Notes: a model not told the origin generated them from the letters alone. 64,000 nucleotides of DNA from an uncultured Phycisphaerales bacterium (GCA_938084645.1 CALKEP010000022.1:1-64000), one strand, 5' to 3'; shown: positions 29,964 to 39,066, numbered from the stretch's first letter. A program made the numbers and translations.

Positions 29964-30548
29964 GTGAAACACGGTCATCGAATCATCGGAGGGGGCCGCG
30001 GATTCCGAGTGGCCGCCGCGACCATGGTCGTGGTGGCGTCCACGCTTGGGGGATGCGTCACGGACTCGGTCGAATCGACGACGGGCCGCCCTCTTCCTCC
30101 CGATCCCCGGAAGGTGCCGCCCGCGCCCTCGGGCGATCCGATCAACGCGATCTCGGTGTTGAAGTCGCAGCAGCCGATCGACACCACCGGCAACGGATTC
30201 CCGAACCTGCTCGGGGCGGGCGTCTATCTGTTCTCGCGTCCGTATCCCATCCCGAGATTCGCGACCGGCACGCTGGTGTTCGATCTGTTCGAACTCGGGG
30301 GATTCGATCCGATGCAGGGGGCGTCCTCGCCGCCGATCGCGACCTGGACCCTCGGGCCGGAGGACATGGCGAGCGCGCAGGTCGACAACCTGATCGGTCC
30401 CGGCTATCAGATCTCGCTCGATCTCGCGGCGATCGGACTGAGCGAGCTGGCGGTGGACAGCGCCGATCTCGTGGTCCGATTCCTGCCGAACGACGGAAGC
30501 GAGCCGGTGGTCTCTTCGGTGCAGCGGGTCCCGTTCCGGCTCTTCTGA
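29964..30548 (+). CDS. Lipoprotein immediately downstream of the secretin (candidate pilotin or accessory factor)
   Basis: GTG start 7 nt after the gspD stop, basic N-region, hydrophobic core, lipobox LGG|C, Pro-rich tether. Confidence 0.65.
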   Translation: MKHGHRIIGGGRGFRVAAATMVVVASTLGGCVTDSVESTTGRPLPPDPRKVPPAPSGDPINAISVLKSQQPIDTTGNGFPNLLGAGVYLFSRPYPIPRFATGTLVFDLFELGGFDPMQGASSPPIATWTLGPEDMASAQVDNLIGPGYQISLDLAAIGLSELAVDSADLVVRFLPNDGSEPVVSSVQRVPFRLF

Positions 30549-30590
30549 ACGATGGCGCGGCGGTGCCGTCGACGTGTCGAACCGACGTGA

Positions 30591-30633
30591 AATGAAAAGC
30601 GGGAGCCTCGACGAAACGCCGGGGCTCCCGCTT
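30591..30633 (-). terminator. Intrinsic terminator after tRNA-Gln, possibly bidirectional and also ending the T2SS transcript
   Basis: AAGCGGGAGCC...GGCTCCCGCTT stem, followed by TTTTCATTTC on the minus strand; lies between convergent genes. Confidence 0.75.
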
Positions 30634-30639
30634 CCTGAA

Positions 30640-30710
30640 CTGGGGATCCAAGATTTGAACTTGGACTAACTGAATCAGAATCAGTCGTGCTACCGTTACA
30701 CTAATCCCCA
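30640..30710 (-). tRNA. tRNA-Gln (anticodon CTG), CCA not encoded
   Basis: Reverse complement TGGGGATTAGTGTAACGGTAGCACGACTGATTCTGATTCAGTTAGTCCAAGTTCAAATCTTGGATCCCCAG folds as a cloverleaf; anticodon arm ACTGA-TTCTGAT-TCAGT; T-loop TTCAAAT. Confidence 0.95.
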
Positions 30711-30736
30711 ATCGATCGGCGTTCGCCGAACGCGAG

Positions 30737-30764
30737 ATTCTACACCCGGTCCCGTTTCGGTCAA
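30737..30764 (-). promoter_or_regulatory. Sigma70-type promoter of tRNA-Gln
   Basis: Minus strand TTGACC-16 nt-TAGAAT, 26 nt upstream of the tRNA. Confidence 0.65.
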
Positions 30765-30857
30765 CCTCCGCGGGGCGGGATCACGGCCCGGGCCGCATGC
30801 AGGGGCTTCGACCCCGCTCACGAGGCGTGTACCGGGATTCCACGGGGACTCCTCGTC

Positions 30858-31289
30858 ATGCCGGACCTTTCTTCGAAGCAGGCCCCGGGTCGGCGACTCC
30901 GCCGACGGACCGGTCGGATGGCGGTCCTGCGACTCCCTCCCGACGTCCCCGTACCGCCGTCCGACGACGTGCCATCCGGGCCGCTCGACGCGGTGATCCG
31001 CACGCCGGAGGAGACGACCCTGGTGCGGAGTTGGCAGGATTCCGCGGTCGAAACCCTCCCCGACGTGGAGCGAAGCGGGCCGTACCGCGCCTGGTCGGTC
31101 CCGGGAAAGCTCGATTTCGAACTGGTCGGCGTCCTGCTCGAGTTGATCGAGCCGCTCCGAATCGCGGAGGTTCCGGTGCTGGCGATCTCCACGTTCGACA
31201 CCGACTGGATCCTCGTGGCCGAGGAACGTGGCGAGGTCGCGGAGGCGGCCTGGCGTTCGGCGGGCATCGAGATCCTCGATCACGAGTAG
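30858..31289 (+). CDS. ACT domain-containing protein (ACT_7/CASTOR-like)
   Basis: RTPEETTLV and LDFELVGVL...ISTFDTDWILV motifs. Confidence 0.8.
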   Translation: MPDLSSKQAPGRRLRRRTGRMAVLRLPPDVPVPPSDDVPSGPLDAVIRTPEETTLVRSWQDSAVETLPDVERSGPYRAWSVPGKLDFELVGVLLELIEPLRIAEVPVLAISTFDTDWILVAEERGEVAEAAWRSAGIEILDHE

Positions 31290-31460
31290 ATGGGCACGGC
31301 CGATTCCGAGGTCCGAAAACGATGCTGCGGCGATCTGTGAGGCCCCGGATCCGCGTTCGTCGGCGTTGATCGGAATCCCGCCAACGCGACCCGCGCCGCA
31401 GGACGACGACCAGTTCGGATCGCACATCGGTGCGACGTCGTCATCCGGGAGGGTCGTTCC

Positions 31461-32471
31461 ATGTCGCAGGTCGTTTCACGCATCGGTCGTCATCTCGCCG
31501 GCGGCATCGCCGCCGCCGCGTTCGTCGCCACGTTCGTCGGTTGCGAGTCCCATCAGGTGACTCGTGATCTCGCGATCGTCGCCACCAACGTCGACACCGG
31601 ACTTCCGGTGGACGGGGTTCGAATCGCCCAGCACGTCGAGGGTGGTTGGTTGCAGGGGCTCGCGGACGACTCGCTGGTGACCACCGGTGAAGATGGTCGT
31701 GCGTCGCTCTCCGCGAGTCGGCGAGACGCCTCGTGGCTCGTGGTCCGCCCGGGCTACGAACCGATGGTGGTCGAGTTCGCGAACGGTTCGTCGACGCCGG
31801 CGGACACCGGCGCGGCCACGACCACGCTTGATTGGAACACCGCCGTCGAAACGGGCATGCTCGAGCTCGAGATGAGACCCATGCGGACCAGGTCGATGCG
31901 GATCACCGTGCTCGACGCCGATACCGGCGCCGTCGTTCCGCATGCCACCGTCGAGCACTGCTCGACCTCGTATCTCGATCACGAGATCGCCCGGACGCTC
32001 TTCGGCGTGCCGGTCGCGATCACGACCACCGCGGATCGCGACGGCCATGCGACGATCGAGGTTCCCGACGGGATGGAGACCGTGATCCGAGTCGGCGCGA
32101 CGGGTCGGATCGGATCCGAAGTTCGACTCGATCCCCGGCGATCCACGGGTGTGCCGTCGGAGATGTGCATCACGATCGCCGAACCACACTACGAACCGAC
32201 CCGGGTGATCGTGCTCGATCGCAGGACCGGCGAACCCGTCGGCGGCGTGGACCTGATCGTGGGCCTGCACGATCCCGAGACCGGCGAGCTTCGGAGCACG
32301 GGGGTCTGGACCACCGATGCCGAGGGTCTCGCGCTCCTGATGAAGCCGGGGGCCGGACTCGGCACGATCGAGATCCGGGCCGGTGATCGCCATTCGGACG
32401 AGTTCCGCCTGGTCGAGGTCCGCAGCCCGGACCTGCCGGCGATCGTGATCGAAGCCGACGCGTTCGATTGA
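31461..32471 (+). CDS. Lipoprotein with three carboxypeptidase-regulatory-like (prealbumin-fold) repeats
   Basis: Lipobox FVG|C; three units DTGLPVDGV..TTGEDGRA, DTGAVVPHATV..TADRDGHA, RTGEPVGGV..TTDAEGLA. Confidence 0.6.
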   Translation: MSQVVSRIGRHLAGGIAAAAFVATFVGCESHQVTRDLAIVATNVDTGLPVDGVRIAQHVEGGWLQGLADDSLVTTGEDGRASLSASRRDASWLVVRPGYEPMVVEFANGSSTPADTGAATTTLDWNTAVETGMLELEMRPMRTRSMRITVLDADTGAVVPHATVEHCSTSYLDHEIARTLFGVPVAITTTADRDGHATIEVPDGMETVIRVGATGRIGSEVRLDPRRSTGVPSEMCITIAEPHYEPTRVIVLDRRTGEPVGGVDLIVGLHDPETGELRSTGVWTTDAEGLALLMKPGAGLGTIEIRAGDRHSDEFRLVEVRSPDLPAIVIEADAFD

Positions 32472-32521
32472 TCGGACCGGCCTCCGACGGGTTTCGTTCG
32501 GTTGGCTGATACCCTGATCGC

Positions 32522-33556
32522 ATGAAGGACGTCACCATCGTGGGTGCGACCGGCGCGGTCGGTGCCGAGCTCCGCGCGATCCTCGCCGATCGCGGGATCG
32601 AGGCGTCGGGCCTTCGTCTGTTCGCGTCGTCGCGCAGCGCCGGCCGGTCCTTGGAACATCGAGGCGAATCGATCGCCGTCGAATCGGCGGATGGGGAACG
32701 GATCCGCGCGGCGTTCGAGGCATCCGACACCGTCTTTCTCGCGGCGACCGCCGAGACGAGTCGCCGGCTCGCGCCGATCGCGGTCGCGTCCTCGTGCGTC
32801 GTCATCGACAATTCCAGCGCCTTTCGCGACGACCCCGACTGTCCACTGGTGGTCTGCGGCGTGAATGACGCGGTGCTCGACGGTTTCACGGGCCCGGGCG
32901 TCATCGCGAATCCCAACTGCTCGACCATCATCGCGCTCGCCGCGATCGCGCCGCTCCGGCGACTGGGCCGCCTCCTGCGAATGACCGTCTGCACCTATCA
33001 GGCGATCTCCGGCGCCGGGGCGGCGGCGATGTCGGAGCTCGAATCCCAGGCGAGGGCCTGGGCCGCGGACGAGCCGCTTCCGACGACGACCCTCGGGCGA
33101 CAGGGGGTCTTCAACGTCTTCAGTCACGACTCCGAAGTCGACGCCGACGGCGTGAACCGGGAGGAGCGGAAACTCGAGACGGAGTCGAGGCGGATCCTCG
33201 CCGACCCCGACCTGTTCGTGTCCTCGACCTGTGTCCGCGTCCCCGTCCTGCGGGCGCACAGCGAGGCGATCCACCTCGAATTCGATCGGGCGGTGGACGC
33301 CGAAGCGGCCCGGGCGATCCTCGCGAATGCGCCGGGGCTCGAGGTCGTGGATGATCGCGAAGGCCGCCGGTTCCCCGAGCCGATCCATGCGGCGGAACGC
33401 GACGAGGTTCTCGTCGGACGGATCCGCCGGGATCCGGGCGTGCCGGATGGCCGCGGGCTCGCGTTCTTCGCGGCCGGTGATCAGCTCCGGAAGGGTGCGG
33501 CGCTCAATGCGGTGCAGATCGCGGAAGCGATCGGCGGCCGAGGCGGACATCGCTGA
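32522..33556 (+). CDS. asd: Aspartate-semialdehyde dehydrogenase
   Basis: IVGATGAVG, IDNSSAFR, IANPNCST, YQAISGAG, RVPVLRAHSE, DQLRKGAALNAVQIAE. Confidence 0.96.
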   Translation: MKDVTIVGATGAVGAELRAILADRGIEASGLRLFASSRSAGRSLEHRGESIAVESADGERIRAAFEASDTVFLAATAETSRRLAPIAVASSCVVIDNSSAFRDDPDCPLVVCGVNDAVLDGFTGPGVIANPNCSTIIALAAIAPLRRLGRLLRMTVCTYQAISGAGAAAMSELESQARAWAADEPLPTTTLGRQGVFNVFSHDSEVDADGVNREERKLETESRRILADPDLFVSSTCVRVPVLRAHSEAIHLEFDRAVDAEAARAILANAPGLEVVDDREGRRFPEPIHAAERDEVLVGRIRRDPGVPDGRGLAFFAAGDQLRKGAALNAVQIAEAIGGRGGHR

Positions 33557-33565
33557 ACGAATCGT

Positions 33566-34486
33566 TCAGTTGCGGGGGTGGTAGCTTCGGACCACCTCGC
33601 GAAGCTGGCTTCGATCCACGTGGGTGTAGACCTGCGTGGTGCCGATGTCCGCGTGGCCGAGCAGGTCCTGAACCACGCGAAGGTCCGCGCCGCCGATCAG
33701 GAGATGGGTCGCGAAGCTGTGTCGGAGCTTGTGCGGGTGCACGTTCCGCATGCCGGCGATGGCCGCGTACTTCCGCACGATCTGCCACACCGCGACGCGT
33801 TCGAGCGGGCGTCCGCTGAAGGAGAGCAGCAGATGGGCCCGGTCGCGGCCGTCGTCGAAGCGAAGCAGATCGGGCCTGACTTCGGTGAGGTACTTCAGGG
33901 TCCACTTGACCGCCGGATCGCCGATCGGAACGACGCGTTGCTTGGAACCCTTGCCGGTGACCGTGAGGCTCGCGAGGGTCTCGTGGAACTCGTCGAGGCG
34001 GAGGGCGGTCACTTCGCTGGCCCGGAGACCGGCGGCATACATGAGTTCCAGCATCGCGCGATCCCGGACCCAGAGTCGACCGTGTTCCGGTTCCGGGGCC
34101 TCGATCAGCTTCCGCATCTGTCGTGGACTCATCACGCCGGGGACCCGCTTCCACCGGGTCGGGCGTTCGAGCAGCCGGGCCGGGTCCTTCCGGATCCGTC
34201 CGTTCGCGCAGAGCCAGCGGAAGAAGACACGTGCGGTGGCGAGATGCCGGGTGATCGTCGTCGGCTCGAAGCCGCGATCGCGACTGAGTCCGCGCAGATG
34301 ATCCGCGACATCGTTCGGGCCGACGTCGTCGATTGAATCGATCCCGTTGGATCGAAGGGTGCCGATCAGGTCGCCGAGATCCCGGGCATACGCCTCGAGC
34401 GTCGCGGGCGCGAGTCCCGCTTCGATCCGGACGTAGGTCAGGAAGTCACGAACCGGTCGGTCGAAGCCGGAGTGAATCGCCGTCAT
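33566..34486 (-). CDS. xerD: Site-specific tyrosine recombinase XerD
   Basis: TLEAYARDL, RDRAMLELMYAAGLRASE, GKGSKQRVVP, HKLRHSFATHL, LGHADIGTTQVYTHV, YHPR C-terminus. Confidence 0.9.
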   Translation of the reverse strand: MTAIHSGFDRPVRDFLTYVRIEAGLAPATLEAYARDLGDLIGTLRSNGIDSIDDVGPNDVADHLRGLSRDRGFEPTTITRHLATARVFFRWLCANGRIRKDPARLLERPTRWKRVPGVMSPRQMRKLIEAPEPEHGRLWVRDRAMLELMYAAGLRASEVTALRLDEFHETLASLTVTGKGSKQRVVPIGDPAVKWTLKYLTEVRPDLLRFDDGRDRAHLLLSFSGRPLERVAVWQIVRKYAAIAGMRNVHPHKLRHSFATHLLIGGADLRVVQDLLGHADIGTTQVYTHVDRSQLREVVRSYHPRN

Positions 34487-34814
34487 GGGTGAGCGTCACG
34501 GGAGCCGGAGCGGAGGGGTGGGCGAACACGACGCCCTGTTCCTCCTCCATCCGAAGGCGGTGGTACATGAGACATCCGGCCACGCCGCTGCCGAGGCAGA
34601 CGTCCATCGCTTCCGAGAGTCGGGCGAGTGAGAATCGGGCCTGGCATCGTTCGTCGTTTCGTTCGAAGTAGGGACAGCAGTTCGTCGCGGCCGGATCCTC
34701 GGCGAGCAACCCGCGATCCGTCGTCTCGCCGGCGGCCGGGCCGGATCGATGCGCCCGCGGCCGGTGCAGCTCGGGATCGAACTGGAGCGTGTCGTTGCGG
34801 AGTGCGGTCTGCAT
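34446..34814 (-). CDS. Small Cys-rich hypothetical protein overlapping the xerD start
   Basis: AAGGA SD; CCPY-x7-C-x15-C-x7-C pattern. Confidence 0.6.
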   Translation of the reverse strand: MQTALRNDTLQFDPELHRPRAHRSGPAAGETTDRGLLAEDPAATNCCPYFERNDERCQARFSLARLSEAMDVCLGSGVAGCLMYHRLRMEEEQGVVFAHPSAPAPVTLTHDGDSLRLRPTGS

Positions 34815-35163
34815 GCGAGGCGGTCCTTCGCCGGAGGACTGGTCGGGCCGTGCTCGGCCCGGTGATGGGATTCCGGTGCGTGCCCGCGATCCGTGCGAGC
34901 CCTCCCGGCCATCGTCCGGGTCATCGGATGAACCATCGCATTCCGGCCAGATTCAAGTCGATGCAATCCGCGAGATCGTCCGGAAACACCGCGGCGGTCG
35001 CACGCCGCCGGTCTTCCGGCCGCTCCCGGAACGCGTCCACCGCCGGCGGATCGGCATCTTTCGCCCCTGGTCCGATGGCGATCGGCGCAGGAATCGCGGC
35101 GAGTCTCGCCCGCGACACCGTGCAATCGGCCTTCCTGCCATCGCCGTCCACGTTTCGGGGGGC

Positions 35164-35180
35164 GGGCATGGTGGTTGCAT
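35164..35180 (+). promoter_or_regulatory. Second sigma54-like motif in the divergent intergenic region
   Basis: GGGCATGGTGGTTGCAT with GG-N10-GC spacing and TTGCA. Confidence 0.35.
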
Positions 35181-35456
35181 GGGATCTCTTCCAACCGCTT
35201 TCGGCAAGGAGTGCCCCATGCGGATCGAACGACCCCGAGCGGCCGGAGAGGATCTCCGGACCGGCTCGCGACAACCCGAGGCCCGACCCATGTCGATCGG
35301 AACCGAATCCGAATCGGCAATCGATGCGCGTCTGTTGCACATGCTGCGCCGCGAGATGGATCCTCGAAATCACTCCAACGGGCTCGGAGCGGAGATTCTC
35401 CGCCTTGCCGGGCTCGCGGCCGCGGTTCATCGCGGTACGGCGATGTCGAACGACGG

Positions 35457-35472
35457 TGGCGCGGCCGTTGCT
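35457..35472 (+). promoter_or_regulatory. Sigma54-type promoter of the flgF-flgG-flgA-flgH operon
   Basis: TGGCGCGGCCGTTGCT, GG-N10-GC, 56 nt before the flgF ATG. Confidence 0.6.
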
Positions 35473-35528
35473 TGCAGTCACGGAGATTCGATCGCCACCG
35501 TCGGTGGTGACGCCTTGGAGACGCCTCG

Positions 35529-36281
35529 ATGAACTACGGACTCTGGATGTCGGCGGCCGGACTCTCGACCGAGATGCATCGGCAGGACGTGATCTCCAAC
35601 AACCTCGCGAACGCCCAGACCGCCGGTTTCAAGGCGGATCACACCTTCACCCGGGAACGTCCGATCGCCCGTGAGGAACTCGGACTCGACGTGCCTTCCC
35701 AGCTGCTGCTCGAGCGGCTCGGCGGTGGCGTGCTGGCCGAGCCCACCTGGACGAACTTCGCCCAGAGTGGATTCACCGCGGGTGGCGATCTCGACCTCGC
35801 GATCAGTGGCCCGGGCTTCTTCGTGGTCCGCGACGGCGAGGGCGAAGCCTTCACCCGCGACGGGGGATTCAACCGGGGCACCCGTGGCGAGCTCGTCGAT
35901 GGTGACGGCCGTCAGGTGATGTCCGTTCGAAATCGCCCGATCCGACTGCCCGAGACCGGATCGATCTCGATCGGGCAGGATGGAACGATCTCGATCGACG
36001 GCGAGTCGGTCGATCGAATCCGCGTGGCCGGACCCGACACCGACCAGCTCCGCAAGGGTGGCGACAACCTCTACCGGTACCTCGGTGCCGGCAAGGTCCC
36101 CGATGCCGGCTCGGACGTCCTGGTCAAGCAGGGCTGGATCGAGGATTCCGGCGTCGACCCGATCCGCAGCATGACCGACCTCGTCGCGTCGAGCCGGGCC
36201 GTGCAGGCCTCCGCTCGATTCATCGACCTTCACGACCGCATGATGGAACTCGCCGTGAACCGCCTCGGCGCGGTCGCCTGA
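35529..36281 (+). CDS. flgF: Flagellar basal-body rod protein, FlgF-type
   Basis: DVISNNLANAQTAGFK, LDLAISGPGFF, FTRDGGF, QGWIEDSGVDP. Confidence 0.85.
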   Translation: MNYGLWMSAAGLSTEMHRQDVISNNLANAQTAGFKADHTFTRERPIAREELGLDVPSQLLLERLGGGVLAEPTWTNFAQSGFTAGGDLDLAISGPGFFVVRDGEGEAFTRDGGFNRGTRGELVDGDGRQVMSVRNRPIRLPETGSISIGQDGTISIDGESVDRIRVAGPDTDQLRKGGDNLYRYLGAGKVPDAGSDVLVKQGWIEDSGVDPIRSMTDLVASSRAVQASARFIDLHDRMMELAVNRLGAVA

Positions 36282-36321
36282 TCCCGAACCCCGCACCCAT
36301 CCGCCTTCAGGAACCACGACC

Positions 36322-37128
36322 ATGAGCAGCCTCGCACTGAACACCTCGGCCAGCGGCATGTCCGCCCTCAACACGCAGCTGGACATCACGGCCAACAACC
36401 TCGCGAACGCCAACACCACGGCCTTCAAGTCGAGCCGCGCGAACTTCCAGGATCTCTATTACATCGAGAAGAAGCAGCCCGGCGTCGAGAACCAGATCGC
36501 GGACTCCACGAGCCCGATCGGACTCTTCGTGGGCCTCGGGGTCGAAGTCGCCGGAACCCAGCTCGACTTCGAGCAGGGGCCCGCGATCGCCACCGGTCGA
36601 CCGCTCGACGTCATGATCGAAGGGAAGGGGTTCCTGCAGGTCGACGTCGGCGACGTCGGCGAGGGCATCGCCTACACCCGCGACGGCGCGTTGCTGGTCG
36701 ACGAAGAGGGAAGTCTCGTCCTCGCCAACAACATCGGGTACCGGATCGAGGGCGGCATCGTGATCCCTCCGGATTCGAAGGCCGTCACGATCGGGAGCGA
36801 CGGCAGCGTCTACTACCAGGATCCGAATCAGAACGAACCCGTGCTCGCGGGACAGCTCGAACTGGCGTACTTCCAGAACAACGCCGGACTCGAGACGATC
36901 GGACAGAACCTCTATCTCGAGACCTATGCCTCGGGACCGGTGCAGACCGGTGACCCGGGAACCGACGGACTCGGTCGCATCACGTCCGGCTACCTCGAAG
37001 GATCGAACGTCGATCCGGTCACCCAGCTCGTGGACCTGATCCGGACGCAGCGGACCTTCGAGATGAACAGCCAGGCGCTGCAGGCCGCGGATGAGACGCT
37101 CCGAACCGTCGTGAACATCGCCAACTGA
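36322..37128 (+). CDS. flgG: Flagellar distal rod protein FlgG
   Basis: ANNLANANTTAFK.SRANFQDL.Y, GLGVEV, YTRDG, GQNLYLET.ASG, LEGSNVD..QRTFEMNSQ. Confidence 0.93.
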   Translation: MSSLALNTSASGMSALNTQLDITANNLANANTTAFKSSRANFQDLYYIEKKQPGVENQIADSTSPIGLFVGLGVEVAGTQLDFEQGPAIATGRPLDVMIEGKGFLQVDVGDVGEGIAYTRDGALLVDEEGSLVLANNIGYRIEGGIVIPPDSKAVTIGSDGSVYYQDPNQNEPVLAGQLELAYFQNNAGLETIGQNLYLETYASGPVQTGDPGTDGLGRITSGYLEGSNVDPVTQLVDLIRTQRTFEMNSQALQAADETLRTVVNIAN

Positions 37129-37170
37129 TCCTTCGTCGTCCTCGTCCTTCGCCGAGTCGGAGCATTCTTC

Positions 37171-38232
37171 ATGAACATGCTGATCTCCATCGCCGCCATC
37201 TCCCTCTTCGCGATCGGGTCCGCCGCGGCGGACGTGATCCGGCTCCGGGACTCGGTACGGCTCGCCACCAACGACCAGCCCGTGCTGCTCCGCGACATCG
37301 CGATCCTCGAAGGTGCGGTCGCCGAAGGGTTCGGCGGCCTGATGGTCCGCTCGGAGGCCGTCGACGACGTGGTGCGGATCCGGGTCGACGAGATCCGGGA
37401 TCTGCTCGATGACGCCGGCGCGTACTGGGGCGAACTCTCCCTCGAAGGCGGAATGACCCGGGTCCGGCCGCCGGCCGTCCGGGCCGACGTCGTCTCCCCC
37501 GGCCTCGCCATCCAATCGAGTTCCGGATCCGCGGCGAAGTCCGGCGGAACCGGTCGGGCATCGATCGATCTCCGATCGCCGTTCGAGCTCCTCGATCGGG
37601 GCGGGATCGTCGAGGAGATCGCGGAACGGGTGATCGAAGCGTGGGGCCCCGAGAGCGAATCGATCCGGGTCGGCATCGATTCGGCGCGACTTGCGACGGC
37701 GATCGAGGGGCTCACGACCGCGGAGATCACGGTGCAGGGGAATGTGCGCGGTGATCGCTTCCAGATCCGAGTCGGTGGAAGCCGTGCCGACGGACGCCTC
37801 TCGAGGGCACGACTCCTTCCCGTCGAGATCCGAATCATGGAGACGGTGCCGGTCGCATCCCGCGAACTGCGTTCCGGCCGTCGACTCGATCCGTCCGACT
37901 TCACGCTGGAGTCGCGGCCGGTTCGCCCGTCGAGCGTGGTGCTCGATCTCGATTCGATCGAGGATCGTCAATTGCAGGTCCCGGTCCCCATGGGGCACGC
38001 CCTCGAGGTCGGTCATCTCCTGCCCGAGATCGTGATCGATCGGAAGGACGATGTCGTCGTGATGGCGGACGACGGCCAGGTCAGCATCCATGTTCGCGGC
38101 ATCGCGATCGAGAAGGGACGCGTCGGCGACACCATCAAGTGTCGGCTTCGCACCAGTGATCCTCGTGACCGCACCGCCTGGTTCGATGCCGAAATCGTCG
38201 GCCCCGGACGCGTTCGACTCCCCCGAAACTGA
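37171..38232 (+). CDS. flgA: Flagellar P-ring formation chaperone FlgA, N-terminally extended
   Basis: Signal peptide; C-terminal VPVASRELRSG (SAF-like) and GIAIEKGRVGDTIK; synteny after flgG. Confidence 0.75.
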   Translation: MNMLISIAAISLFAIGSAAADVIRLRDSVRLATNDQPVLLRDIAILEGAVAEGFGGLMVRSEAVDDVVRIRVDEIRDLLDDAGAYWGELSLEGGMTRVRPPAVRADVVSPGLAIQSSSGSAAKSGGTGRASIDLRSPFELLDRGGIVEEIAERVIEAWGPESESIRVGIDSARLATAIEGLTTAEITVQGNVRGDRFQIRVGGSRADGRLSRARLLPVEIRIMETVPVASRELRSGRRLDPSDFTLESRPVRPSSVVLDLDSIEDRQLQVPVPMGHALEVGHLLPEIVIDRKDDVVVMADDGQVSIHVRGIAIEKGRVGDTIKCRLRTSDPRDRTAWFDAEIVGPGRVRLPRN

Positions 38233-38286
38233 ATCCTCCCGACGTGATCGCGGTGACGCGGATCACCGTTCCCTGAAAGGCCAGTC

Positions 38287-39066
38287 ATGACTCATCGCAC
38301 CGACCACTGCACCAGCACCCGTGTCCGGCGTCTCGAAGACGTCCGCCGTGGCTTCCTCGGCATCGCGATCGCGGCAACTGCCATGACCTCCGGGTTCGCG
38401 GGAACGGCCGTCGCCGACGCGCGGGACGCATCGCCCGTCATCCTGCCCGGCAGGGTCGATGAAGGCGTTCAGTCCGTGCCCGCCCGATTCCACATGTACG
38501 GCACGATCCGGGCGGGTGACACCCGGTTCGGAACCGTCTCGTTGATGCCCGCGGCGCGGGAGTGGCGTGAAGAGGACCTGATTCAGATCGTGGTGATCGA
38601 GAAGAGCCGTTCCAAGATCGATCAGAAGCGGGAGCTCGAGACCGAAGGCGTCGCGAAGGCCGAGGTGGCGGAGTTCTCGAGCTTCGACCTCGGGGCGTTC
38701 ACCTTCAGCCCCAGCACCAGTGATTCACTTCCCGGGGTCGAGATCGGCGCCGAGAAGGAGTTCGAGGGCGAGGGTCGGTACCAGCGACAGGATGAGATGA
38801 CCGATCGAATCACCGCCCGGATCGTCGAGGTGAAGCCCAACGGGAACCTCGTGCTCGAAGCACGGGTGGTTCGCAACTGGAGCGGGGACCGCACCGAGAT
38901 CCGCCTGACCGGCAGCACCCGGTCCGACTGGATCACCGCCGACGGCACCGTGACTTCGAACCAGCTCTACGATCTCGCGGTCGACAAGGTCCACACCGGT
39001 GCGGTGGAACGATCCACCCAGCGAGGCTTCATCGCCGAGGCCCTGGACTTCCTCTTCGCGTTCTGA
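38287..39066 (+). CDS. flgH: Flagellar L-ring protein FlgH
   Basis: DLIQIVVIE, ITARIVEVKPNGNLVLEA, IRLTG..R..I..DGTV.S; synteny after flgA. Confidence 0.85.
   Translation: MTHRTDHCTSTRVRRLEDVRRGFLGIAIAATAMTSGFAGTAVADARDASPVILPGRVDEGVQSVPARFHMYGTIRAGDTRFGTVSLMPAAREWREEDLIQIVVIEKSRSKIDQKRELETEGVAKAEVAEFSSFDLGAFTFSPSTSDSLPGVEIGAEKEFEGEGRYQRQDEMTDRITARIVEVKPNGNLVLEARVVRNWSGDRTEIRLTGSTRSDWITADGTVTSNQLYDLAVDKVHTGAVERSTQRGFIAEALDFLFAF

Noticed and set aside
30640..34486. tRNA-Gln plus tyrosine recombinase as an integrative element
   Set aside because: The recombinase has housekeeping XerD features, is separated from the tRNA by asd and other genes, and no duplicated tRNA 3' end was seen
34921..35481. 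186-aa minus-strand ORF and overlapping alternatives in the xerD-flgF gap
   Set aside because: No motifs, atypical composition, and it overlaps the putative sigma54 promoter; cannot be supported as a gene
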